A DNA stretch of 64,000 bases, from NCBI GenBank assembly GCA_951406725.2, contig OX597830.1:70432001-70496000 (forward strand), in the 5' to 3' direction. The stretch's first letter is position 1. The number at the start of each line of letters is the position of its first letter. Below, piece after piece: positions 1-14,717 of the stretch. The stretch comes from Octopus vulgaris (Eukaryota). The notes below the pieces were generated by a model. The model was not told where the DNA came from, did no database searches, and was given only the letters and a program-made list of their open reading frames with translations. The position numbers and the translations under genes were made by a program.

Positions 1-217
1 ATGTATGATGTGTCTTGTCCATGTAAGTATGTATGTATGTATCTATCTATCCATCTGTTTATCTATATGTATATATATTCATTTCTATAGAAACATATCT
101 ATTTATATAAATGCAAGTACACTCACGCATGTCTATAGTCATTCAAGCATACTCGTACACACACACACACACGTCTGTTTTCTTTCATATTTATATACAT
201 ACATAAGCACACTCGCA

Positions 218-311
<94 letters not shown>

Positions 312-565
312 GCACACAAATATAGACAACACCAAACATCAACACACACAGACACACACACAGACATGTATAGTAAGTAATAATAGTCTTATCCTTGGAA
401 CTCTTTCGTTGAAGGAAAGAAAGAATAAAAAAAATAAGGGAGGGAAGGCAGGACGAAAGAAATAAGAGCGAACCACAACAACAAACAAATTCCAAATGAT
501 ATAATAATGGAAAATAAAGGAAGAATTTTACACGTAATTTACGAAATATATTTAGAAGATTCTTA

Positions 566-571
566 ACTTAC
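566..571 (-). other. 5' splice donor (AG|GTAAGT)
   Basis: Plus strand acttac at 566-571 reads GTAAGT on minus, preceded by exonic AG; a consensus donor. Confidence 0.8.
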
Positions 572-1106
572 CTCTCTGACAGAATGACTGGTAAGAGGAC
601 ATCGCTCCGTTTTTGGCGCCGGGCAAATCGACCCCTGTTGACACATCTGCCCCTCGCCATGGTGTGTCATAATTATTTATTCTTTGTTGGTTATTACAAG
701 AACAAGAAAGAACACAACAGCTTCGTTGACTATCATCTTTCGAAGAATTTTCCATGTCAGCTTTGGTCCCCGTGTGGTTATTTCCCGAACTGCCTTTATA
801 CATTACACTGTCGTACGAAGATTTCATGTGCGAAACCGGTACCCCTGGAGCAGTTCCGCTCACCACTGTGGTTCCTGTAACGTCCTTGGTTACCGTCGGA
901 TGTTCCATCGTGTGCGGATAGATAGATTGTATTTTCCAATCGGGTCCGTTCGCATGTTGTTTCGGCGTGTCCGCTGGCAGGGAATAGACGGACGATGGGG
1001 CGAAATATCCGGACGACCACGATCCATAGACGGGAAAGTTCCGATCACAGCTTGCAGTTTCGGCGTATGCATTCGGTAGCCAACCGCGAAATGCATAGGG
1101 GTTCAT
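572..1106 (-). CDS. First coding exon (178 codons + 1 nt, phase-1 intron) of an unidentified host gene continuing off the left edge; Ser/Thr/Pro/Tyr-rich N-terminus compatible with a transcription factor
   Basis: Only non-repetitive, GC-balanced long ORF in the window (MNPYAFRGWLPN...SYQSFCQR). It ends at CAG AGA G|GTAAGT, with AT-rich sequence on both sides. No recognisable domain within this exon. Confidence 0.8.
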
Positions 1107-2364
1107 TTGGGAAAAAGGTTATTTTTGCCTCACGAACCAAAATTAAAGGTGATTTATTTTTTAATTAAAAAGAAAAAAAAATTAGAGTAAAGAAAAAATA
1201 TATAAGAAAATTTGAATAAATACCTCGAATAAATTAATATTATGTATAAATGCTATATTTATATGTTTACTTATTTTCATAAGAAATATCGTCTACAGTT
1301 ATGTATATTTATTTATTCATACATTTCTTTAATATATATATGCGTGTGTGTATGTATTTCGATTGAAATATGTTTAAATATATATACATCAATATATATA
1401 TACACACGTGTATAGGTATATATGTGTAAATATATGTATGTGGTGTGTCTGTATTTGTGTAAATGTATATGTATATTTGTAATTGTAATTGTATAAATAT
1501 ATAGCTTTATAAATATGTGTAATTATTGTGGAATAATATAAGTTTATGATCCAAGAACGTCTGGTGTACTCGTTCGGGTTTTAGTTTCATAGAAACTGTT
1601 AGCAATCATGGAAAGATCCAAGAAAAAAATCCGAAAATCCAAAACGGAAAACAGTTAATATATATTAGATATATGTCTCTCTAGGTTTCGTTTTCGCTGC
1701 AATTCAAGTCAAGTTTCTTCTCTTTTATATTTTCTTCCCTTTTTTTTTCTTTCCTTACTCTTTCCAGATATCAAAAAAAAAAAGTCTGGCAAATATTTTT
1801 CCTGCTTCTTCTTATATCTTCACGTCACAACATATCCTAATAATTTTTTTACCTGTTATTAATTGTTGTTATTCTTCCTATTGTTATGGTCGTAAATATA
1901 ATAACCATGTCCCCTTTTCCTGTGGAACAAACTCCCGTCTCAGTGTGTCATCATCCTTCGCTTGAATTTCGTTGTCGACTACGTTTTCGTCTGCTTCTTC
2001 TTTGAAAATTTTTCCCTTTCTCCTCAATATAAACAGCAATCTATATATTATGTTCGTTTATTCGCAAATTCTCCGTAGCTTTCTCATAGAAAAACGCAGG
2101 CTGTTGGACTTTCGCTCACTTTTCGTTTTGTTATTTGTTCTATCCTTCTTCTTCTTCTTTTTCTTCTCTCTCTCCCTCGTTGAGAGCGGTTTCTTGTATA
2201 ACAATAATTTTCATTCGATTTTTTTCCTCTCCTTTTCCTTTCTTCCGTGGGTAAAAGTGAGGCAATGTTTTCGCCCACTTGCTTATTTTTACCACCCACT
2301 CTTCGACATCATTCCTCCCCTTCTTTAGCTCTCTTCACTACCTTTTTTTCTCCTCTTTTCTCCC

Positions 2365-2560
2365 TCCTTCTATCTGTCTCTCCCTCTCACATATACACAT
2401 ATACACTCCTTCCTTCTATCTGTCTCTCCCTCTCACATATAGACTTATACACTCCTTCCTTCCTTCTATCTGTCTCTCCCTCTCACATATACACTTATAC
2501 ACTCCTTCCTTCCTTCTATCTGTCTCTCCCTCTCACATACACACTTATACACTCCTTCCT
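2365..2560. repeat. Minisatellite, ~4 copies of a ~50-54 bp unit (ccttctatctgtctctccctctcacatatacacttatacactccttcct)
   Basis: Unit visibly repeated four times in tandem. Confidence 0.85.
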
Positions 2561-2760
2561 TGACTCGCTGTCGCTGTCTGTCTTTTCCTCCTCTCCCCCT
2601 CCCACTCTCTCTTTCGATATCTTTCTCACGTTCCCGCCCGCCCTGTCTTTGTTGTCCTTCTTTCACGCTTTCTCTCTCTTACTTTCACTCATACTCTCTC
2701 GCAAGTTCAATTGTAAGTATGTATGTGTAGTGTGTATGTAGTTCTTTAAGCTCACTCCCC

Positions 2761-2960
2761 TTCGTTATCCTTAAAAACGTTTGGATCCTCTTCTTCAAAC
2801 GGCCGCTCGACAACTGGTTGGCCCTGCTAACTCTCTGCTCTGCTTCCTCGTATGAACTGCCTCCCTGGTCGTCATTAACATCTATCTATTACGCCTGTAT
2901 GTAATATATGAATGTAATACATGCGGATTTATTTACGGAACGGTGTATGTGCGCATTCGA
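2761..2960. promoter_or_regulatory. Candidate promoter/proximal regulatory island for the minus-strand gene
   Basis: Unique, CpG-containing island between a CT-rich tract and (GA)n tracts, ~1.7 kb upstream of the ATG. Contains TCATTAA and TTTATTTACG homeodomain-type words. TSS not identifiable. Confidence 0.3.
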
Positions 2961-3189
2961 AACGATGATAATGACGACGACGACGACGACCAGGAGCAAA
3001 AAGATGATGATGAAGATGACGTGGATAAAGAGGTCGAAATAAAAAATAATAATGAACGAAAAAAATTGTACAAGGAAAAAGGAAAACAACTCAAAGAAAT
3101 TTTATCTGATCGATGTAGAACCGCCCGAGAAAAAAAGGTCAGAAGTCGTCGGTCAGTGGTACGTTGTAGGCCAGTGACATGTTGAGAGA

Positions 3190-3239
<50 letters not shown>

Positions 3240-3474
3240 AGGAGAGAGAGAGATAGAGAGCAGGAGGGAGATAGAGAGAGAGAGTGAGATAGATAGATAG
3301 TGTGTGTGAGAGAGAGAGAGGTCGACAGAGAGATCGGCAGGAAAGATAAGCTATACTGGAGGGTAGAGGTAACAAGTTAATAATTCGGTTATAAAGAATA
3401 GAACAACAGAATGATGGAATACTATTATTTTGATATGAAGCGTGTGAGAAAATTCTCTACTCAAACTTTCATTC

Positions 3475-3516
<42 letters not shown>

Positions 3517-3667
3517 TTTTACTATAGTTTTTCGCTTTTTATAACTATCCGAGTGTGTTGATGTAAGAGATGAGTGATGGCGGCGGTAGTGGTGGTGGTG
3601 ATGGTGATGCGTCTAGTTGTAGAAATACACGAAAGTTATGGCGTAGGAATACATCGAGAGGTGAAGC

Positions 3668-3731
<64 letters not shown>

Positions 3732-3871
3732 TATGATAGTAATGATGATTATAAAAATAATAATGAGAATATGAGGTGGAGAAAAAACCACGAGATCCTA
3801 TCACGGATTTTTACATAACATTAATAATTAATGATTCCTATCATTTAAATAATGAATTTTTGAAGGCTTCC

Positions 3872-3968
<97 letters not shown>

Positions 3969-4218
3969 TTTATTGGTACATATATATGTGTGTGTGTGTG
4001 TAAATTTGTTTGTTAAAAAGACACGAATATATTCCGTTTTTTTTTTGTTTTTTATGAGAGAGTAGGGGGGACGAAACGAAGTTATGATACTTTTTATGAC
4101 TAAAACTTCGGCGGGTGGTCTTAACGTTTTGCATATGAAAAATCGAATCTAAAGAGGAGGCAGTGGCGTTCATTACCTTCCTCGGGAGATGGAGACTTGT
4201 GGTATTTAAAACAAGTAT

Positions 4219-4253
<35 letters not shown>

Positions 4254-4508
4254 ATGTATGTATATATGCAAACACACACATACATGCGCGTGCACAGACA
4301 GACATATATATGCACACACATAGATATGTACATATGCAAATAAGCATTTACATATATATGTGTATACGTACATACATATATATATGTGTGTGTGTGCGTG
4401 CGTGTATGTATGTATATATTTATGTATTAATGTATGCATAAAGAGCAATGGGGAAAAAATATAATGAAGATCCGAAATTTATATATCTTACAGGATTTTT
4501 TCTCAAAA

Positions 4509-4542
<34 letters not shown>

Positions 4543-4628
4543 TATGCATAGATCTTTCGATTCATTTCACTCTAAAAAAAAACAATTTGAAACAAAATAT
4601 AAATTTAAATCAATGCAGTGAAGCATGA

Positions 4629-4748
<120 letters not shown>

Positions 4749-4788
4749 AATAATAATGATGATGATGATGATGATGATGATAATAATA

Positions 4789-4851
<63 letters not shown>

Positions 4852-5828
4852 TGCTGTAAGTGGAAAAAGAAAAAAAAAGTTATTTTCACAACTTGTGTTA
4901 TAAAACAAACAGAAAAATGGAAACGGAAGCAATGGTTTTGGTAATACAAGAAAAAAATCCCACATTGCTATCAGTCTACTAGGAAGATATATAAATGTAT
5001 ATTGTATATTATATTATATTATATGCTCTTTTTTTTTTATTTATAAATGCAAACCAAAGTGGAAAACAAGCTATAATAGAACTCTATACAAACATTATGT
5101 ATTTCAATATTTATATTGTTATTATTCATAATTATTCAAAAAACTTTTTGTTTGTGCGAAGCGTATAAACGATAAAACCTTTTTAAATGTTCATGAGAAG
5201 AAATACGATATTTTCCCATGGAAAACACAGAACGAAGGTCGCCCGAATAAAAAAAAATAAGTGCTTTAAAATGCTTTAAAGAACATATGTATGTGTGTCT
5301 GTGTGTCTGTGTGAGTGTGTGTGTGTTTATATTTATATATGTATGTATATCTTTTTTATTCGTTTCTGTTATTTGACTGGGGTCAAGCCGGAGTATCGCC
5401 TTGGTCAATTTTTGTCAAACAAATCGACCCCGCCCAATACTTACTGTTTGTTTTGTTTTTTTGGTTTTTTTTTCAATAACCTGGTACTTATTCTTGTCGG
5501 TCCCTTTTGCCGAAGCGTTAAGTTATGCGCGCGTAAACAGACCAACACCGGTTGTTAAGCGGTATTGAGCGACAAACGTAGTCACAAAGACACACATACG
5601 GCTTTTTTTTTTTTTCAGTCACCGTCGACCAAAGATGCCACGGAGTGAGTCTGAACTCGAACACATACATATGGAAACACACAAACACTGACACGCGAAC
5701 ACACACACACACACACACAGACACACACACGCACACACGCATGCACGTACGCACATGTCTATATACTTACACACTAAACTCATATATACATACATTATAT
5801 ATGCACATCAATACATGTATATACATAA

Positions 5829-5865
<37 letters not shown>

Positions 5866-6298
5866 GTCTGTCAGTTTTACACACAAACGCACACATACAT
5901 ACAGATATATGTAAAATGTAATATATATATATATGAGGATAAGATCGTTACTTTAAAATAAAACAACGAACTTATCAAGTGACCAAATTATAAATTAGGG
6001 TATCTCGTAGATACCCTAATTTATAATTTATATATTTATATATATATATATATATATACACACGCGTGCGCACACGCATACACACTTTCTTAGCAGGTTT
6101 TGACAGTACTGGACAATAAGAAATGTCCTGTAGTCGGTGGAATGAAATAAATTTAATTATATGAAGCGGTGGGGTGCCAGTTGTGCAAGAGGTGGTGGCG
6201 GAAATAGTAGAAGTAGTATTAATAACAGTAGGTTCAAGCTTTGGATTATCTCCCCTTAACTTTTTTTTCTCCATTATACTTTTTCTTTCATTGTCACA

Positions 6299-6335
<37 letters not shown>

Positions 6336-6439
6336 ATCTATCTCTGTTTCTACCTCCCTCCATCCTCTCTCTCTTCCCCCTCTCTCTATCTCCCTCTCTG
6401 TTTACCTTCCTCTCGAATTTATCCTTTTTATTTTTTCCC

Positions 6440-6555
6440 TTGTTTCAGTCGTTTCACTGCGGCCATGGGTTTTGGAAGGTTTTTTCGTGAGTCGAACAAA
6501 TCGATCCTAGGACTTATTATTATTATTATTATTACTATTATTATCATCATCATCA

Positions 6556-6610
<55 letters not shown>

Positions 6611-6665
6611 TATTATTATCATCATTATTATTATTATTATTACTATTATTATCATCATCATCATC

Positions 6666-6706
<41 letters not shown>

Positions 6707-6717
6707 TATTATTACTA

Positions 6718-6757
<40 letters not shown>

Positions 6758-7095
6758 CATCATCATCATCATCATTATTATTATTTTTAAGCCTAATACT
6801 TATTCTATCGATATCTCCTCCGTGAACTTTTAAGTTACGGGGACATAAACACACCAACACCGGGGGTGAAGCAGTGGGAGGGTGGGACAAACACAGATAC
6901 AAAGACACGCACACTTAGATATATACACATATGTATAAGGCGGGCTTCTTTCAGTTTCCGTCTACCAAATCCACCCACAAGACACCAGTCGGCCTAAGGC
7001 TATAGTTAAAGACATTTGCTGTAGGTGCCACACAGTGGAACAAAACCCAGAACCATGTGTTTTGGGAGCAAGCTTCTTACCACACAGCTACGCCT
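6440..7095 (-). mobile_element. SINE family B copy, interrupted by a (TAT/CAT)n array at ~6514-6785
   Basis: Tail tgtttcagtc...gcggccatg, body tacttattctatcg...aagttacggggac and head cttcttaccacacagc match the other B copies. Confidence 0.75.
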
Positions 7096-7759
7096 GGGAA
7101 AAAGTAAACACACGTGGATCAGTTAATTATGATTTTAGTCAACATATTCCCCCACGTTCACGCACATATATATATTTCTTTACTACCCACAAGGTGATAA
7201 ACACAGAGGGGACAAACAAGGATAGACAAACGGATTAAGTCGATTACATCGAGCCCAGTGCGTAACTGGTACTTAATTTATCGACCCCGAAAGGATGAAA
7301 GGCAAAGTCGACCTCGGCGGAATTTGAACTCAGGAAGTAAAGGAGTGTGAGAGGTCAAAAGTCAAGTGAGGTTAACGAATAGTTTAAAGGGTTACTAAAG
7401 GGAAAGAAAAAAAGGTGAGAGAGAGGAAGAGAGAGAGAGAGAGATTAAGTACCAGTTACGCACTGGGGTCGATGTAATCGACTTAATCTGTTTGTCTGTC
7501 CTTGTTTGTCCCCTCTGTGTTTAGCCCCTTGTGGGTAGTAAAGAAATAGGTATTATCAAATAATGACTGTGATGAGGTATCATTTATATAATACTTTCTA
7601 TTATAAGCACAAGGCCTGAAATTTGGGGGAAGAAGGATTATCGATTACATCGACCCCGAAAAGATAAAAAACAGAATCGACCTCGGCGGAATTTGAACTC
7701 AGAACGCAGCGACGGAGCGAAAAACTGGGAAGCATTTCGTCTACCATACTCTTTTACTC

Positions 7760-8243
<484 letters not shown>

Positions 8244-10331
8244 CTGTTAACGATTTTGCCAGCTCGCCGCCTTAGGGTATTGAAAATGGCTTGAAAATTT
8301 GGCATAAGGCCAGCAATCTTGGTGTGGTTACTTTCAACCCCTTTTCTGAAGTGTTATATATTTTCTCGTCCCTGAAAAGACACGAGGCAAAGTTGAATTC
8401 AGCCAATAGAAATGCAGCTAAGCCTTTTATTGACGCGCTTACGATTCTGCTGGTCCGTCACTTTGGTAATCCTTTCTACGATAAGCACAGAACTTAAACT
8501 TTAGGGGAGGGCGATAATCGATTACATCGTTCCCAGTATTCAACTGGAACTTATTTTATCGACCCCGAAAGAATTAAAGGCAAAGTCGACCCTGGCGGCA
8601 TTTGAACCTAGATAGAATGTAAAGACGAGTGAAATACTGCCAAGCATTTCGCCCAGCGTGCTAATGATTCTGCCTGCTCGCTTCCTTCCCCACCTTAATA
8701 ATAATAATATTTTTTCTACTTTTGGTACAAGTCCATCAATTTTGGGGAGTGTGGAGATGCTTAACTGATTACATCAATCCCAGTGTTCAACTAGTATGTA
8801 TATTATCGATCCCTAAAAGACAAATGGTAAAATGGAACTCTGGGGAATTTGAACTCACAACGTGAAAAGCTAGAAGAAATGCCGCTAAGCATTTTATCCG
8901 AAGCGCTAACGATGCGACCAGATTCATAAGAATCTGCAATTGGAAGACACTGTTCGATCGTTACAATATTTTTCAAAATCTCATACATAAAATTGCATTT
9001 CTTGGTACTTCGCCATTCCAACGATTCTAATGGTGGTGCAGCTGTTGTTGAAGTTGAACCCTAAGCTTGCCTCATTTTCAACACTGACCATCCCGTCATT
9101 TTGGATTGTACTATGTAGTTTTTTGGCTTTATTTTAAGGCATTATTTGAAGAATGTTTAGATGGTATTTAATGTAGGTTGGGCGACCAAGGAAAGACGTT
9201 CCCGTTGGCCCGGCTCGATTCTACCTTCTCTAACAATTCTGCTTGCTCACTGCCTTAAGCCATACTGTGTAATGCGGTTCAAATTATATCAGTCTAGACC
9301 CCTGGTTTCTGCAGCTTCCTGAGATAAAAGGCTTCCCAGTTGCGAATTTCTTGAGTAGGGCCTATGAGAGTTAGAGATGGTGGTCTGTCGGTATTTCTGA
9401 AAGCCACTCTTAGATGTGAGGAAGAAACAATCGTCCAACTGAAATTTTTCCAGCCCTTCGCTATCTGGCCTTCCATAGAGGAAATCTGTAAACTGGAAGG
9501 GATTGTTAGAAAATACTTTTGTCTGCCTTTGTCTCTCTCCTCCTTCTCTCTCTGCTTTTACTTGAGTGACTGCTCTGTGAAGCTGGCACTCTACTGGGCC
9601 CTCTCTCTGAAGAAGAATAAAATAAAATAAAATAAAATAAAAAGCTTAGTGCCCTTCAAATTTTTGAGGGTCCTCCCTCCCATATATTTTGTTGCTCTGA
9701 AAGTACATTTATTTTGTCGTGTTAAACTTCTTTCAGAAGTAGTGACCTGCTTCCTGATCTTCCATTATATTAGGCTGTACTTTTAACCTGTGTCCTACCA
9801 TTTTGTAAGAGCGGTAGGTTATGATTTGAGGGAAGGTGCTAATGCTATTTCTAGCGAGGCGATGACCTCTTAGAGGCTCACACGTTGTCCATTGACTGCT
9901 GTTTCTAGAAAGTCAAACGACAGTGCCGTATGTGCTGGCTTATTAATTCGTGTTAGAATGCATTTTTGTTGTTGCTGTTCTGGTAGTGATGGTGGTTTAG
10001 ACCCTGTCAACCCGTCATGCAAACTTATGATAAAAGTGATTCGAACCGTGACCATCCCTCCATCCATCACTTATTATTATTCCTATGTGCGCAGATACCC
10101 AAAGTGCGCTTTTCTTGACTGGTTAGATGTGATTTGAATGAGACATGGCTGTTATTTCTAGAAGATTGTGCGACCATATATAGGCTCACTGGTTGGCTTG
10201 TGTTAAAGTTTTATCGCTGCTGCTGTCTTCTTCTTCTTCTTCTTCTTCTTCTTCTTCTTCTTCTTCTTCTTCTTCTTCTTCTTCTTCTTCTTCTTCTTCT
10301 TCTTCTTCTTCTTCTTCTTCTTCTTCTTCTT

Positions 10332-10786
10332 CCAATCAGGACTCACGCCATTAGCCACAAAGAATAATCTCTCTAATTCGAGTCTACTCTAAGCTACTAA
10401 GAATGCGTGTGGAAACCACCCACCACACACGATAGAAAGCTACGTTGTTATCCTCATTCGGTAAACGGTGGCTTTTAACGTGTGGAGAGCTGAACCATCC
10501 TGGGGTACAGAGGATTCGCAATCTAGACTAGGGCCTGAAAGTTTACCACACCGTAGTAGGTTAAACCATGGTTCCTCTGCTTCGTGACAGAAGTATGAAG
10601 AAAGAGTGAGAGAAAGTTGTGGTGAAAGACTACAACGGGGTTCACCACCACCACCACCCCGCTGGAGCCTCGTGGAGCTTAGGTGTTTTTGCTCAATAAA
10701 CACTCACAATGCCCAGTCTTGGAATCGAAACCGCGTTCTTACGACCACGAGTCCGCTGCCCTAACCACTGGGCCATTGTGCCTCCA
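10332..10786 (-). mobile_element. SINE family C head/core with an alternative tail ending in (GAA)n
   Basis: Head tggaggcacaatggcccagtggttagggcagcggactcg is shared with 44651-45034; sequence diverges after actttctctcactctt. Confidence 0.75.
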
Positions 10787-11276
10787 CTGTACATATGTAT
10801 ATATGGAGTAGGGAAGTAGGTATGTAGATAGGTACGTACTTACATAGTACGTAGGTATACAAGTTATATACATCTACCTTTTATTCGTTGACTAACATCT
10901 TGATCAGTCCTGACTGAAGGCACAGCCCTATGATTAAAGATTAGAGTATGCGCCGTCTGGTTCATCTCTTAACTGTGGCGGCTCGACTCCATCTGGCACA
11001 GAAGCCTATACAGGGTTACACAGGAGACATATAAATGGCATAATCCCAACTCTACATATCTTATTATGCTACAGAGATTATACAATCTACGGTGTAGAAC
11101 GCCGTTGGTCGACCTACAAGAAATAGAAACCAAATCTCCTTGCGATCTCACTCTATTTTCTAACAAGGAAAAACATTAAAGAAAATGAAAGAATGCATTG
11201 TAGAATATATTTCATCCGTAAAATCGTTTAATTTCTACTGAAATTTTCTGCCTAAACTCTTTGATTGCAACTGATG

Positions 11277-11641
11277 TTGCTGTTGCTGTTGAGCGAAGCG
11301 GTCTTCGTCCCAGTGGGAGAAGTCCGAAACGTGGTCCTTTGCTATTCGTAAGACCTGCAGAAGAGAAAGCAGGTCAACCCCCGACACCGAGAGCATGAAT
11401 GCGCATCCAGGCTCAGCGGTTGCGTAGGAAGTCGGGGACAAGAAACAGGAAGAAAGAGTGAGAGAAAGTTGGGGCGAAAGAGTACAATAGGGGTCGCCAC
11501 CCCACCCCACCCCTGCCGGAACCTCGTGGAGCTTTAGGTGTTTTCGCTCAATAAACACACACAACGCCCGGTCTGGGAATCGAAAGCGCGATCCTCCGAT
11601 CGTAAATCCGCTACCCTAACCACTGGGCCATTGCACCTCCA
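11277..11641 (-). mobile_element. SINE family C head/core with a further alternative tail ending in (caacag)n
   Basis: Same head/core as 44651-45034; tail differs after ctttcttcctgtttc. Confidence 0.75.
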
Positions 11642-12075
11642 CTAAACTAAATGTTGGGTATTTCAGAGATGCACTTTCCTAGCAAGTGATTTGATCTGTG
11701 AATCTATGTTGAGCGGCAGTGGAACCGTATCAGTGACCAAGTCGCAAATGGCGCGGTGAAAATTTCGACATAAATAACAAATGTTTAAATGGAGTTAACA
11801 GTTTTTGTCTCTTTTTTTTTAAAATGGTTAATACGAGTTTTCCACGCTGTCATCCGAAGAATAATAAATAATAGGAACTACTGCAGCCCTTCTTTTAATT
11901 TTTTTCTGGTTTCAGCTATTGGACTGCGACCTTGCTGGGTCTCTGCTTTGAAGGGGTTAGTCAAAGAAATCAATCCAGTTTTTCCAGTTTTTTTCTTTTT
12001 TTCTACAGATTGGTGCTTATTCTATCAGTGACTTTTGCTGAAAACTAAGCGGTGGTGGGGTACAAACACAAACAC

Positions 12076-12135
<60 letters not shown>

Positions 12136-12728
12136 GCACACATACGCACACATATGTATACATGCATGTCAGGATTCCTAGCCAGTCCACTCACAAAGCT
12201 TTGGTCAGGTCGAGGCTGTAGAAGAAAGCACTTGCCCAAGGTGCCATGCAGTGGCACCCGGAACTAAGTAACTGATTGGAAGAAGAAGAAGAAGAAGAAG
12301 AAGAAGAAGAAGAAGAAGAAGAAGAAGAAGAAGAAGAAGAAGAAGAAGAAGAAGAAGAAGAAGAAGAAGAAGAAGAAGAAGAAGAAGAAGAAGAAGAAGA
12401 AGAAGAAGAAGACATGCACAGGTAAACATAAACATATAGTCAAGCTCACATTCATACAAATACGCGTGCAGACGTACTTATCCACATAGCAGTCTTGACG
12501 CTGATAACCACTACAACTCTCAGTACTTCACGCCCACAATCATCACCTCAACCACCACCACCACAACCACATCCATAACCGTCGTCACTACTAACACCTC
12601 TATGAATGTCGGCCTCAACACTACTACCGAAATATTTTATTTATATATTTCTATATTTAGTGTCATCTGTCTTTTTATATTACCAATTTTCTATATCTCT
12701 CAATATATTTATTGCTCTAATTCACGCT

Positions 12729-12793
<65 letters not shown>

Positions 12794-12874
12794 CCATACA
12801 TACATATATACTTACAACGTGTTACAGATGAAAACATGTCACAAAAATGTGCGATGCAGGTAATATGCAAATAG

Positions 12875-12917
<43 letters not shown>

Positions 12918-13069
12918 TATGTATATATATATATAGAGAGAGAGAGATATAGATATGTGTGTGTGTATATATATATGTATACATATGTATATATATGTAT
13001 ATATACGTGTATATATATATATGTGTGTGTGTGTGTGTAGACACACACACTCGCACACACATCACACCC

Positions 13070-14110
13070 ACATGACAGAAGGAAATAAACACCGTTATAT
13101 TCATTAAAATTTATTTAAATCTGAAATTATACATTCAAATTATTCATTAATTGTTATAATGTGAATATTTCATACTATTATTATTAGACAAGCCCTTTGC
13201 ATTTTTCAGTGCACGGACACTATTAGACATGTTATTAGAATATTTTCTTGCAGAATATTTTCTTGCAGAATTTCTTGCCAAGCTCATGGAATAATCACAA
13301 AAGATCTGACTTTGAAGTATTCAAAAAGTTCACATCAGGTGTCTGGCTTGGCTATGGAATCTTTTTAATCCCTTTCTTATTCAACAAATCTTGGGTAATT
13401 TTAGTCATCTTCCATAAATAAATTTTAGTCATCTTCCATAAATAAAGAGTCTTGTCTAATCATTTCACTGCTGGAGAAAATTGGAAGTTCTTTTGGCAAT
13501 ACGGACACATATTTATCTGAGTTCATGTTTTCCTCACACTGCACCAGCACTGATGAACCATTGCTCCAAATTGCTCCCCAGACCATTACAGAATAACTGC
13601 CGTGTTTCATTGTTGACTGCAATATTTTCACATCAAATTCTTGATCACACAGTCTTCAGACCCACACTCGACCACTGTCAGGAAATATAGCAAATCTGGA
13701 CTCACCCACACTCGACCACTATCAGGAAATACAGCAAATCTGGACTCATCTCACTGGCCCAATTTTTTCTCCTCTTGATGTTGGCTAGTTGAAGGCGTGG
13801 CTTCCTTCTTGCTGCTCTGCTATAGTAACCAAGTTTGTAAAGATACGTGACAGCTGTTCTGGGACTGGCATCAACTTGTTCTGCTATGTCAGAAGCCATG
13901 CAATGAGGATTATCCTTCACACTTTTCTTAGCAAAACAAGGGTCCTGTCAGAGGGCTCTGGTTGATCTGAACGTCCATTACCCAATGGCCGCCGACTGTG
14001 TAGAGATCCATCAAGGGACTTCCAGTAATATCCTTTACCTGTCCCTGCTGCTTTCACTCTTTCACCGGAGGACTTTTTGATTTTTTTCAAGCTGAAGCTG
14101 TGCCGTATTG
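13070..14110 (-). pseudogene. Degenerate Tc1-family transposase
   Basis: ORF pieces DNPHCMASDIAEQVDASPRTAVTYLYKLGYYSRAARRKPRL...RRKNWA (Tc3-like HTH/linker) and TMKHGSYSVMVWGAIWSNG...MNSDKYVSVL...LFMEDD (DDE core); broken by stops and small duplications. Confidence 0.85.
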
Positions 14111-14717
14111 AATGAATAAATATAAGTTGTCAGAAAGCCAACATATATGATTTGATTTGAGTGTTGAAACTTGTGTAGAACCAGCCACACTTTTTGGAAG
14201 TAACGATAGCAAGATATGTGCCACAATACGAAGAACAACACCCCTCAGGCTTTTCCTTCAGAGGTTTCCATCTCCTAGATGAGCCGCTATGAACACGCTA
14301 GAGAGCCTAGTCAACCCCATGAGTGAGGGATTGCTTATAGTACAGCCTTGTGAAGGAGAGCCTCACCAAACAAAGACCTGATTTTATATATGATGTGATG
14401 TTGACTCCTCCCACTCTCTGGTAAATTGCACAATCACTTTATTATCTGTAGGAAGGGGATCCCAAGGTTCTCTTCGATTTTACGCTGGCTATGTCCACCT
14501 TCAGTATAACCAACAATAGATCCTCTTTGAAATTCAGATAGTTCCAAGGCTTCTTTTGTATATGGCCATGATTAAGCAGAACCTGAAACATAAAAATGCC
14601 AATTAATGAAAATTATAAATCATTACAAGTAAGAACAAACAAAAATGATGTTTTATGGGGTGTCTATTTACTTCTGTCATGTCTTTGTAGATATAAAACT
14701 ATATGTGTGTATTACCC

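Noticed and set aside
2943-3185. Acidic/basic 80-aa ORF
   Set aside because: Non-ATG start, built from (GAC/GAT)n and A-rich sequence, no splice support.
9290-9600. Unique GC-balanced stretch with short ORFs
   Set aside because: No recognisable motif or convincing splice sites.
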